In this document: positions 36,184-44,826 of the stretch, in pieces
Numbering within the stretch: the stretch's first letter is position 1
How the letters are laid out: the number at the start of each line of letters is the position of its first letter
Assembly: GCA_965231125.1 (NCBI GenBank)
Contig: OZ246414.1
Coordinates: forward strand, 576,137 to 640,136
DNA: 64,000 nt
DNA from: an uncultured Gammaproteobacteria bacterium
GTDB lineage: Bacteria; Patescibacteriota; Microgenomatia; Woykebacterales; RBG-16-39-9b
Direction: 5' to 3'
The notes under the pieces: generated by a model
Database searches by the model: none
Seen by the model: the letters and a program-made list of their open reading frames with translations, nothing else
What the model was told of the DNA's origin: nothing
Made by a program: the position numbers and the translations under genes

Positions 36184-36777
36184 ATGAGAGGACTGCTCTT
36201 TGTATCCTCAATTTTTTTAAGCTGGGCACTAGTTGCTATATTTCTTATATTTGGAGTTGTTTCAATTTTCGGGAAAGTCTCCCAAACAAAAAATTTGGAT
36301 TTAGTGCTGGCCAGCGCCTCAAGGAATATATTTAGTTCTCCAAGTAGAATTATAGCGGCACCTCGCGAAATTCTTTCCGCTGTTAACACTGGGGACGGTA
36401 GGGTGGTTTTGGTGGACAATTTTTTACAGCAAAACGGCTCGCCAATGACTGGGATGGGAAAAGTATTTATTGAAGCGGCCGACAAATACAACCTGGATTG
36501 GAAGCTACTTCCAGCAATAGCATACCAAGAATCCTCCCTTGGGAAGAAAACTCCCTACGGCAGCTACAACGCCTTTGGTTGGGGTGTTGTGGATGGTTCC
36601 CAAGTTGGAGCTAATTTCGCAAACTGGCAAGACGCTATTTTTACTGTTGCTCAGGGTCTCCGGGTAAATTACTTGGACAAAGGCCTTAAAACTCCAGAAA
36701 CAATAAATCCGGTTTACGCTTCGGATAAAAACTGGGGAGGTAAAATTCGGCTCGCCATGGAAGAATTGACGCAGTAA
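36184..36777 (+). CDS. secreted lysozyme-like / lytic transglycosylase-like protein (paralog 1)
   Basis: Signal anchor followed by ADKYNLDWKLLPAIAYQESSLG, an SLT-like E-S motif. Confidence 0.45.
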   Translation: MRGLLFVSSIFLSWALVAIFLIFGVVSIFGKVSQTKNLDLVLASASRNIFSSPSRIIAAPREILSAVNTGDGRVVLVDNFLQQNGSPMTGMGKVFIEAADKYNLDWKLLPAIAYQESSLGKKTPYGSYNAFGWGVVDGSQVGANFANWQDAIFTVAQGLRVNYLDKGLKTPETINPVYASDKNWGGKIRLAMEELTQ

Positions 36778-36789
36778 TACACGTAAAAC

Positions 36790-36849
36790 TTGACTTTCGG
36801 TAAATTTTCTGTTATAATGCATGAGCCTTCGCAAGTCGAAGGCTTTTTT
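36790..36849 (+). promoter_or_regulatory. sigma70-like promoter (TTGACT-17-TATAAT) followed immediately by a terminator-like hairpin (AGCCTTCG...CGAAGGCT-TTTTT); candidate attenuator leader
   Basis: Promoter at 36790-36818, hairpin plus T-run at 36824-36849, and a second hairpin GCCCCGA...TCGGGGC just before ATG 36933. Confidence 0.4.
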
Positions 36850-36932
36850 AGTTCGATGGGTTGAAAGCTCAGCGAACCAGGACGCCATGAGCTGGCGGTC
36901 TTACTAGATGCCCCGATTCACGTCGGGGCGTT

Positions 36933-37481
36933 ATGTTGAAGTTAAATCTTCGGGCGTCTGCCATGGCACTAATGACCTTTCCAATTTTAGTTGCCAGTCC
37001 CACAATTTCAAATAGTTTTCAGTCTAAAACTGTAGTTCAAAACAGGGTACCTTCACCTAACCAAAAATCTAAAACAATAGCGTTTGTGGCCAAAGTTGTT
37101 GCTCGAAAGGACGACCGCGCCAAAATTTTAGCTAAATATTTACATGCGCGTAAGTCACCAATGACTAGATATGCCAGGGAGTTGGTAAGAATTGCCGATA
37201 AGTACAATTTGGATTGGCGACTTTTACCGGCTATTTCCGGGGTTGAATCTCAATACGGGATTATGGTGCCCACTGGGTCTTACAATCCGTACGGTTGGAA
37301 TAACGGTGCTGCTTACTTCAAAAACTGGGTTGACGCTGCGAACAAAGTGGCTTCTGGAATCCGTTACCGTTACGCACCTTCCGGTTCAGTTGACCCGTTT
37401 CGAATCGGGCCAAGGTACGCGGCAAATCCCGCTTGGGCAGCGCGAGTGGCAGTCTACATGAAGCAAATTAACCAAATCTAA
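36933..37481 (+). CDS. secreted lysozyme-like / lytic transglycosylase-like protein (paralog 2)
   Basis: ADKYNLDWRLLPAISGVESQYG is paralogous to the protein at 36184-36777. Confidence 0.45.
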   Translation: MLKLNLRASAMALMTFPILVASPTISNSFQSKTVVQNRVPSPNQKSKTIAFVAKVVARKDDRAKILAKYLHARKSPMTRYARELVRIADKYNLDWRLLPAISGVESQYGIMVPTGSYNPYGWNNGAAYFKNWVDAANKVASGIRYRYAPSGSVDPFRIGPRYAANPAWAARVAVYMKQINQI

Positions 37482-37505
37482 CTAAAATTTGCTAAAATAG
37501 GGGAC

Positions 37506-38882
37506 ATGGACCCTAGATTCCTTGCTGCGAGACTATCTTCTTCTTTTATTAACAAAACGCTGCGACTTTCTGGAGGGGGTGGAACAGCCGCTCCAGGTCT
37601 GGTTGCGGAATGTATCGACCCTCAATCTTTGAAAAAACTAACAAAATATGTGTCCGATATAGTCATCGTAACCGGAACAAATGGTAAAACGACTACGTCC
37701 AGAATTATTGGTTCGGCTCTCGCAAAAAACGGAACTTCTTATATTCATAATCGCGAGGGTTCAAACCTTTTGCGTGGTCTAATCGGCAGTTTAATTGCTA
37801 AAACCCCTTTTTTCCCAGGCTCAAAAAAACCTCTGGCTTTACTGGAAGTGGATGAAGCGACACTACCTCCGGTAGTTGCGCAAACCACCCTGAGAATTAT
37901 TGTTATAACCAACCTTTTTAGAGACCAACTAGATAGATATGGCGAAGTGGACTCAATTAGAAAAACCTGGCGAAAAGCTTTGCAAAACCTTGACCAAAAT
38001 ACAACCCTAGTTTTGAATAGTGATGACCCATCGGTTGCCCATTTGGGTAAAAACACCCGTGCTAAAGTGGTTTACTTTGGAGTTGAGGACAAAAGGCACT
38101 CTCTGCAGGCCCTCCCGCACGCTGCCGATTTCGTAAACTGTATAGTTTGCGGCAACGAGCTAAAATACGAAACAATCTACATTTCTCACCTTGGTAAATA
38201 TAAATGTCCTTCTTGCGGTGAAGAAAGGCCTTCTCCGGGGTTCTACGCGAAAAAAATTGAACTTTTAGACGAATATAGCTTCAAGGCAACAATTATTACT
38301 CCCAAAGATTTATTGGTAGTCAAGATGCAACTCCCCGGTCTGTACAATGTTTACAACTGTCTTGCGGCTGTGGCGGCCGCCGTCTCACTAAATATACCCG
38401 TAACAAAGATAATCCAGGCTCTGAAAGGTTATCAAGCGGCCTTTGGACGCACTGAATCTATCGATGTCGCTGGTAAAAAGGTTTATTTGGCGCTTGCCAA
38501 GAATCCGACCGGATTTAACGAGCTTTTACGAACTATTTTTTCCGGGAACGAGAAAAAACACGTTTTAATTATCATAAACGACCTTATCGCCGACGGCAGA
38601 GATGTTTCCTGGCTTTGGGATGTGGATTTTGAACTGCTTAAAGACAAAACCGAAAAAGTCTGGGTGGCCGGTTTAAGAGCGGCAGACATGGGCCTAAGAC
38701 TTAAATACGCTGGTATAGAGACAGAAGGTTTTAATTCAAACATTAAAGAAGCTTTAGATTCTGCTTACACAAATATTCCTCCTAAGGAAACTTTATTTGT
38801 TTTACCGACTTACACGGCAATGCTAGAAACAAAAAAAATTCTGGCCGAAAAAGGCTATGGCAGGCAGTTTTGGGAAGACTAG
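37506..38882 (+). CDS. murT: MurT-like Mur-ligase family protein (lipid II isoglutaminyl synthase ligase subunit-like)
   Basis: Mur ligase P-loop VIVTGTNGKTTT. Cys4 ribbon CIVCGN...CPSCG typical of MurT. C-terminal DUF1727-like region. A GatD-like gene follows. Confidence 0.65.
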   Translation: MDPRFLAARLSSSFINKTLRLSGGGGTAAPGLVAECIDPQSLKKLTKYVSDIVIVTGTNGKTTTSRIIGSALAKNGTSYIHNREGSNLLRGLIGSLIAKTPFFPGSKKPLALLEVDEATLPPVVAQTTLRIIVITNLFRDQLDRYGEVDSIRKTWRKALQNLDQNTTLVLNSDDPSVAHLGKNTRAKVVYFGVEDKRHSLQALPHAADFVNCIVCGNELKYETIYISHLGKYKCPSCGEERPSPGFYAKKIELLDEYSFKATIITPKDLLVVKMQLPGLYNVYNCLAAVAAAVSLNIPVTKIIQALKGYQAAFGRTESIDVAGKKVYLALAKNPTGFNELLRTIFSGNEKKHVLIIINDLIADGRDVSWLWDVDFELLKDKTEKVWVAGLRAADMGLRLKYAGIETEGFNSNIKEALDSAYTNIPPKETLFVLPTYTAMLETKKILAEKGYGRQFWED

Positions 38883-38975
38883 GATTTAAGTATAAATTAC
38901 GAAGGACGAAGTATCAATTTAACTTATAGCTTAATATTTAATACTTAAGTACTTTATACTTAATATTTATGTTGC
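38862..38975. repeat. ~105-bp AT-rich repeat, copy 2 (includes the gene 3' end ...FWED*)
   Basis: See 34228-34336. A shorter related AT-rich segment lies at 49440-49500. Confidence 0.6.
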
Positions 38976-39706
38976 TAACAATTGGTTGGCTTTATCCAAA
39001 ACAGATGAGTACCTATGGCGATAGGGGCAACATTTTAACTCTTGTTCAGAGGTGTGTTTGGCGTGACATTAAAGTTGAAGTAATAGAAATTAATTTGAAA
39101 GATAAAATTGACCCCCAAGAAATAGATTTTTATTTCTTTGGTGGCGGCCAAGACGTAGCGCAAATTAAAGTTTCCGAAGATCTACAGAAATTCAAAAAAG
39201 AGGCGCTCGCTGATGCAGCGGGGCTAGGGGCAGTTTTTCTTTCAATTTGCGGAGGTTATCAGCTTCTCGGACACTACTATAAACCAGAGGGGGGTGTTGA
39301 AATTCCCGGGGTCGGAATTCTAGATGTATTTACTGTCGCCGGAAACAAAAGAATGATTGGCAATATTGTTATCGAGAGCAATCCTTCTATACCAGAAAGA
39401 ACTTTGGTTGGTTTTGAAAACCACAGCGGTAAAACTTTTCTTGGCAAAGAAGCGGTCCAGCTTGGCAGAGTTGTTGTTGGATCGGGTAACAATGGTGAAG
39501 ATAGAACTGAGGGCGCGATTCAAGGGAATATTTTTGGTTGTTACTTACACGGGCCCGTCTTGCCAAAAAATCCAAAGTTTGCTGATTACTTAATTCAAAA
39601 GGCGTTGGACCGCAAACGTAGATGGGTCGAATTAAAACCACTTGAGGATTCGCTGGAGATTGCCACGCACGCAGCTGCAGTCGAGCGATCCCGAAAAACC
39701 CAGTAA
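38969..39706 (+). CDS. gatD: GatD-like glutamine amidotransferase (CobQ/CobB-type GATase) partner of MurT
   Basis: Catalytic Cys context SICGGYQLLG and His context YLHGP. Adjacent to the murT-like gene. Confidence 0.6.
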   Translation: MLLTIGWLYPKQMSTYGDRGNILTLVQRCVWRDIKVEVIEINLKDKIDPQEIDFYFFGGGQDVAQIKVSEDLQKFKKEALADAAGLGAVFLSICGGYQLLGHYYKPEGGVEIPGVGILDVFTVAGNKRMIGNIVIESNPSIPERTLVGFENHSGKTFLGKEAVQLGRVVVGSGNNGEDRTEGAIQGNIFGCYLHGPVLPKNPKFADYLIQKALDRKRRWVELKPLEDSLEIATHAAAVERSRKTQ

Positions 39707-39744
39707 TTTGTAATTTAGCCTCAGATTTTGTATAATTTATCAAC

Positions 39745-39834
39745 GCCGCGGTGGTGAAACTGGTAGACACGCATGGCTTAGGACCATGTGCCCTTAAACA
39801 AGGCTTGGGAGTTCGAGTCTCCCCCGCGGCACCA
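39745..39834 (+). tRNA. tRNA-Leu (anticodon UAG), long variable arm
   Basis: Fold: GCCGCGG/CCGCGGC acceptor, anticodon stem CATGG/CCATG with loop CTTAGGA, long variable arm, T-arm GGGAGTTCGAGTCTCCC, CCA encoded. Confidence 0.8.
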
Positions 39835-39842
39835 GAATAAAC

Positions 39843-40598
39843 GTGATGAAAATTAAATTCCTCGGAACTTCAGCGGGATGGCCTCTACCGCGATTAGGAT
39901 GCAGGTGCGAGATTTGCACGTCGAAAGACCCAAAAGACAAAAGAACTAGAACCCAGCTTCTAGTAAACGACTTCCTACTCTTAGACGTTGGTATCGATAC
40001 CTATCAGCATCTGGCCAAACCAGATGTGGACCCAACAAAAATAAAATTCGCCGCCATAACACACGAACACGGAGACCACACTTTGGGCTTTTGGGATCTC
40101 TCTCATATATACACCTCAAAAGATAAAGTTAGTGTTATTATTCACCCGTCGACCTTCTCCAAAGTTAGGAATCTTTTTTTCCCTGGGAAGTACAAAATTT
40201 TAAAAACCGAGGCGGGCAGTCCTATTAAAATCGACGGTATCTCCCTAACACTTTTACCAGTTCAACATACCAATTCCTCATTTGGAATTCTTGTAAGCGA
40301 GGGAGGCAAAAGACTCTTTTACGCTCCCGACATGAAGATTTTGCCGCAAGAAACCTTTACTAAATTAAAGGGTGTTGATTTACTCGCTGTTGACGGTTCT
40401 GAACTAAGAATCAAAACCCCAAACCACCAAACTATCGAAGAAGGAATAAATCTAGGTAAGAAACTTGCCGCTAAAAAAATTTACTTTGTTCATATTGGTC
40501 ACCGAATCCTACCTCACGAAGAACTTAATAAATTAGTAAAAAATGAAGGCGGGGTTCAATTCAACACCGCTTATGACGGTTTAGAGGCAGATCTATGA
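39843..40598 (+). CDS. MBL-fold metallo-hydrolase
   Basis: HxHxDH motif in ITHEHGDHTLG. 251 aa. Confidence 0.65.
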   Translation: MMKIKFLGTSAGWPLPRLGCRCEICTSKDPKDKRTRTQLLVNDFLLLDVGIDTYQHLAKPDVDPTKIKFAAITHEHGDHTLGFWDLSHIYTSKDKVSVIIHPSTFSKVRNLFFPGKYKILKTEAGSPIKIDGISLTLLPVQHTNSSFGILVSEGGKRLFYAPDMKILPQETFTKLKGVDLLAVDGSELRIKTPNHQTIEEGINLGKKLAAKKIYFVHIGHRILPHEELNKLVKNEGGVQFNTAYDGLEADL

Positions 40599-41179
40599 GA
40601 CAGGTTTTAGTGGCAACTAACAACGAAGGCAAGTTGAAAGAAGTGCAAAACTACTTAGAGAGCGCGGACTTCAAAGTGATAAGTCTCAAAGATGCAAATA
40701 TTGACGTTATTGTCGACGAGAGAGGTAAAACTTTCGAAGAAAACGCAAAAATAAAAGCCGCCACTTATTCAAAATACACTGACCTACCGTTAATTTCTGA
40801 AGACTCCGGTCTTGAAATAGAAGCCTTGAATGGTTTTCCTGGGGTAAAAACGGCTCGCTGGAAAGAAGGCTCAGACCGGGCTCGAAACGAAGGTATTTTG
40901 GAAAGGATGTCGGCGGTAAAAAATAGAAAAGCCAAATTTGTCTCAGCTGTCGTTTTTTATGACAAAAGGAACAACATTTTGAAAACTTTTGAGGGAGTAA
41001 TGAATTGTCAAATCGCTCGGAAACCTTCAGGTACCAACGGATTTGGCTATGATCCAATTTTGTTCATACCAGAACTTGGAAAAACTACCGCCGAAATTTC
41101 TTTAGAAGATAAAAACAAAATTTCTCACCGCGGCAAGGCTTTACAGAAACTTGCCGGCTTTCTCCAAAACCAAAAATGA
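40595..41179 (+). CDS. rdgB: non-canonical purine NTP pyrophosphatase (RdgB/HAM1 family)
   Basis: N-terminal VATNNEGKLKE and the conserved FGYDPIF motif. Confidence 0.8.
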   Translation: MRQVLVATNNEGKLKEVQNYLESADFKVISLKDANIDVIVDERGKTFEENAKIKAATYSKYTDLPLISEDSGLEIEALNGFPGVKTARWKEGSDRARNEGILERMSAVKNRKAKFVSAVVFYDKRNNILKTFEGVMNCQIARKPSGTNGFGYDPILFIPELGKTTAEISLEDKNKISHRGKALQKLAGFLQNQK

Positions 41180-41583
41180 AAAAAATAATCGTCTTTGGAA
41201 CATTTGACACTGTTCATCCGGGGCATCTAAGCTTTTTTGCCCAAGCCAAAGGGCTAGGGGACTATTTAATTATTGTAGTTGCCCGCGATAAATTTGTAAA
41301 AAACTCTAAAGGAAGTTTGCCGAAAAACAATGAAAAGGTAAGAGCGAGGACGGTCCGAAAAACAAAACTTGCCGACAAAGTGTTGCTTGGGTCTAAAACC
41401 CACAATTTTTACCAAACACTTCGTACCTACAAAACAGAAATAATTGCTTTAGGTTACGACCAAAAACCATCTATTCGCGAGCTTAAAAAAGATCTTAAAC
41501 ACCACCGACTAGGCAACATACAAATAGTCCGCCTAAAAAGTTTCAAACCGCGTGTATTCAAATCCAGTCTTCTGGTAAAATAA
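41176..41583 (+). CDS. cytidylyltransferase-like nucleotidyltransferase (HxGH family)
   Basis: GTFDTVHPGH motif. 135 aa. Translationally coupled to rdgB. Confidence 0.55.
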   Translation: MKKIIVFGTFDTVHPGHLSFFAQAKGLGDYLIIVVARDKFVKNSKGSLPKNNEKVRARTVRKTKLADKVLLGSKTHNFYQTLRTYKTEIIALGYDQKPSIRELKKDLKHHRLGNIQIVRLKSFKPRVFKSSLLVK

Positions 41584-41588
41584 CAAAT

Positions 41589-42473
41589 ATGAATAAATTA
41601 TCTGTTGGTCCAATCATTTTAATTTTTCTGGGGATAATTTTCCTACTTAACAACTTAGGAGTCTTACCCTGGGATCTCTGGACATCGCTCTGGAAATTTT
41701 GGCCGGTAATCTTAATACTTGTTGGAACGGAAATTTTGCTGGGGAAAAAAGCTTCCTTCAAGACTTTGCTGATTTTGGCGGCTCTTATTTTTGTAGTTCC
41801 AATTTTCCTCTCGTATAACCCGTTTACGAACAATCCTTTGACAACTGAAAAGTTTAAAATTGATGAAAGTTTGGGAGCAGCAACAAAAGCAAAAATAAAT
41901 TTGGATTTCCCAGCATTTAATCTGACAATCAAATCCTTGGACGCAGACTCGTCTTTTTTGGTTCAAGGGTCGATCGACTACAGCCAGGCGGCAAAAAAAC
42001 CCGAGTTAGAAAGAACGGATATTTTCGGTGAAAGCGACTTATCTTTAAGTGAGTCTGCTCAGGGAAAACTCCCGTTTATATCAAATCTAAAAACCAGTGG
42101 TACGCTTTCCCTCAGTAGGCTCGTACCAACCCAGATTTTTTTGAAAACAGGAGCGTCTACGGATAATATTGACTTATCAAACCTTAAGGTTGAATACTTG
42201 GAAATAAACTCCGGAGCCTCAAATATAAATATAAAATTTGCCTCAGGTTTCAACCAAAAAGTGTTAATCAGAACTGGCGCTTCTAGTATAACTCTAAACT
42301 TACCAGAATCTTTGGCCGCTAAAGTTACTGTAAACTCCCAAGTAAAAAGTGTAAATGCGCCTGATCGCTTTGAGAAAAAAGGTAACCAATACGAGACCAA
42401 AAACCTTAGCCAGGTGCCAGTGAAAGCTCAAATAGACATTCAATCGGCAGCTGGTAGCGTGATAATAAAGTAA
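41589..42473 (+). CDS. membrane hypothetical protein (N-terminal TM helices, beta-rich C-terminal domain)
   Basis: 294 aa with three N-terminal TM helices. Confidence 0.4.
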   Translation: MNKLSVGPIILIFLGIIFLLNNLGVLPWDLWTSLWKFWPVILILVGTEILLGKKASFKTLLILAALIFVVPIFLSYNPFTNNPLTTEKFKIDESLGAATKAKINLDFPAFNLTIKSLDADSSFLVQGSIDYSQAAKKPELERTDIFGESDLSLSESAQGKLPFISNLKTSGTLSLSRLVPTQIFLKTGASTDNIDLSNLKVEYLEINSGASNINIKFASGFNQKVLIRTGASSITLNLPESLAAKVTVNSQVKSVNAPDRFEKKGNQYETKNLSQVPVKAQIDIQSAAGSVIIK

Positions 42474-42483
42474 AACACCTCAC

Positions 42484-42512
42484 TTGACAGTTTGCTTGGT
42501 TCTTGTTAATAT
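42484..42512 (+). promoter_or_regulatory. sigma70-like promoter (TTGACA-17-TAATAT)
   Basis: Lies upstream of a ~125-nt segment that ends in an intrinsic terminator. Confidence 0.45.
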
Positions 42513-42519
42513 CTTTTTG

Positions 42520-42640
42520 TGATTAGAAAAAACGTCTCTATCAACCTTGTTAATGCAGAACTCCTTCTCGGAGTTTATTGCATTTGACGGGGCTAAAGAC
42601 ACGTTTTAGTGAAACTCATAGCCCCGAAAGGGGCTTTTTT
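42520..42640 (+). ncRNA. candidate small RNA or riboswitch/attenuator-like leader (promoter-to-terminator unit)
   Basis: Contains an AACTCC...GGAGTT hairpin. The helix GGGGCTA...TAGCCCC is mutually exclusive with the terminator AGCCCC-GAAA-GGGGCT-TTTTTT at 42620-42640. Confidence 0.3.
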
Positions 42641-42807
42641 AATTGTCATGGCGGTAGCAACTTTCCCATACGGAGCGATCCTGCGTCACTGAGAGAGTGG
42701 GCCAGGTGGTTCAACCCCACCGCCGCCACCAATAACACAAATAAACTTTTTGGATTGGAGGAGATAGAGGAAGGAGAGGTTTCAAACGTGTTCAAACTTG
42801 AAAAACC

Positions 42808-43041
42808 ATGTCCGAGGGCGTGTTTTCAGGAGGTGACTTTGTGCAAGAAGTAGTTCACAACTGTCCAGAATGTGGGTCTCCAATCGACCAGGAAAACGTT
42901 CACGAGGACAGGACCATGGAAGGCGAGCACGTTCCTAACCACGTGCACTGCCAAAACTGCGAAACGCGGTCCGAGATCGTCGGCGATGAAGACGGCATCA
43001 TGCTTTCGCACACAACCAAAGGAAGGTCTTCAGTTTCCTAA
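42808..43041 (+). CDS. small zinc-ribbon protein (CPxCG...CQNC), hypothetical
   Basis: 77-aa ORF with two CxxC pairs. It lies in a GC-richer 1.1-kb segment with no long ORF. Weak call. Confidence 0.25.
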   Translation: MSEGVFSGGDFVQEVVHNCPECGSPIDQENVHEDRTMEGEHVPNHVHCQNCETRSEIVGDEDGIMLSHTTKGRSSVS

Positions 43042-43590
43042 AGTGGAGGGGATTATGACCGCTCTAACAAAAGGCATTGCTGGTAAAGAAGGTGAGATTT
43101 CCCCGGTCGATGCAGCGGCACAGGAGGAGTTTCGCCAAGAGCTAATGAGGCACAAGGGCAACCGTCCTATTTTTTAGGCCTTGGCAACCGGTGCTGTCAG
43201 AATTCATCCAGAGTGGGCGGGAGTAATACGCAGCGTACTGAGGCAGCTTAACAAAGAGTATTGGGAGGTCGACATCTTACCAGAGGAGCTGGAAAAACCT
43301 CCAGCCTACGTAAGGTAAAGGAGAAGGGAAAAGTGGATCCAGACCTGATTAGGGAAACTTTGGACGTCGTCAGAGACGACCCTCAAAGATTCCAAGAAAC
43401 GAAAAGTGACCTTCTTCGTAGCGATCCGACCGGTGCGACACGAAGCGTTATCGCGAAGTGGGAAAGAGAAAATCCAGATGCGCGTTCTCAATCCCGCCAG
43501 AGTGTTGAAACCGCAGGATAAGTGAGGTAAGCAAAGGTCGTGAACATCTAATACCCCAGTAACTGGCTCTGCTGGGGTTTTCTTTTAATC

Positions 43591-43619
43591 TTGCTCCAAT
43601 CTCTATTTATTGTTATAAT
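43591..43619 (+). promoter_or_regulatory. sigma70-like promoter (TTGCTC-17-TATAAT) upstream of clpP
   Basis: Spacing and -10 hexamer are canonical. Confidence 0.4.
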
Positions 43620-43651
43620 CCCTCCGTTATAAGAACCTGGTCGAAATTTGC

Positions 43652-44308
43652 ATGGAGTTGGTACCAATGGTGATTAAGCGGGACCCGAGAGGGGAACGCG
43701 CATACGACATCTACAGTCGGCTTTTAGAAGACCGAATTATTTTTATTGGCGGGCCGATAAGCGATGAGTTGGCCAATATCGTCATTGCTGAACTGCTTTA
43801 TTTGGAAAATGAAGACAATCAAAAAGACGTTGCCATTTACATAAATTCGCCTGGCGGTTTGGTTCACGCCACTCTAGCTATTTACGACACGATGAAATAT
43901 ATAGGTCCGGATGTTTCTACCGTCTGCGTTGGGCTTGCAGCCTCTGGAGCAGCTGTTTTACTGGCCGGTGGAAAACGCGGAAAAAGATATTCTTTACCCA
44001 ATTCCAAGATTATGATTCATCAGCCGATGTCAGAGATTTCTGGACAAGCAACGGACATTCAAATTCACGCCGACGAAATTCTAAAGCTAAAGAGAAAACT
44101 AAACGAAATTTTGGCAAAAGAGACAAAGAGACCTATTTCCCAAGTGGAAAAAGATACCGAACGAGATTTCTTTATGACCAGTCACGAAGCGTCAAAATAC
44201 GGGCTAATTGATGAAGTAATCGAAGGAAAGAAAATAAAACTAATAAAGCCGAAAGAAGCCGGCACGAAAAGGGAAGAGGAACCAGATTTAGTTGCGGACA
44301 CACGCTAA
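43652..44308 (+). CDS. clpP: ATP-dependent Clp protease proteolytic subunit
   Basis: N-terminus [23 protein letters not shown], the catalytic Ser context ([10 protein letters not shown]) and His/Asp regions. Confidence 0.85.
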   Translation: MELVPMVIKRDPRGERAYDIYSRLLEDRIIFIGGPISDELANIVIAELLYLENEDNQKDVAIYINSPGGLVHATLAIYDTMKYIGPDVSTVCVGLAASGAAVLLAGGKRGKRYSLPNSKIMIHQPMSEISGQATDIQIHADEILKLKRKLNEILAKETKRPISQVEKDTERDFFMTSHEASKYGLIDEVIEGKKIKLIKPKEAGTKREEEPDLVADTR

Positions 44309-44375
44309 TTGCGGACCGTTGGCTCATCCGCCAGCTGGCGGAGTTGGACTGCCGCGTTGACACCCGCCTGCAAGA

Positions 44376-44451
44376 GCACGCATAGCTCAGTGGTTAGAGT
44401 GCCTCGTTGACATCGAGGAGGTCCCTGGTTCGAATCCAGGTGCGTGCACCA
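44376..44451 (+). tRNA. tRNA-Val (anticodon GAC)
   Basis: Fold: GCACGCA/TGCGTGC acceptor, anticodon stem CCTCG/CGAGG with loop TTGACAT, T-arm CCTGGTTCGAATCCAGG, CCA encoded. Confidence 0.85.
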
Positions 44452-44583
44452 GAATGCAGAGGGCAGGTCGCGGAGGTCACCCCGCTCAGCGGGGTACCGT
44501 CCACCACTTAAAGTTTTACACCCCACAGAATTGATCTCAACACTTTGCTTGTTTTGTACCCATAAAATGGGTATAATTTAGCT

Positions 44584-44826
44584 ATGCCTAATCAAGATGA
44601 TTTGATTGAAGACAAAGGTTACAGCGCAATTCACTTGTCCAAGAGGAAAATAATGGTTAATAATTTTTTGGGCGGCCTGGCTTGGGGTTTTGGAACAGTG
44701 CTGGGGGCCTCAATTCTAGCCGCACTCGTTATCCTTATTTTGAGCAGGTTAGGAACTGTCCCCCTTATTGGCCACTTTATCGCACGAATCCTAAGTGAAG
44801 TTCAGCCCCAACAGAATATAAAATGA
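44584..44826 (+). CDS. small membrane protein, hypothetical
   Basis: 80 aa with one TM helix. Its stop overlaps the thrS start. Confidence 0.35.
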   Translation: MPNQDDLIEDKGYSAIHLSKRKIMVNNFLGGLAWGFGTVLGASILAALVILILSRLGTVPLIGHFIARILSEVQPQQNIK

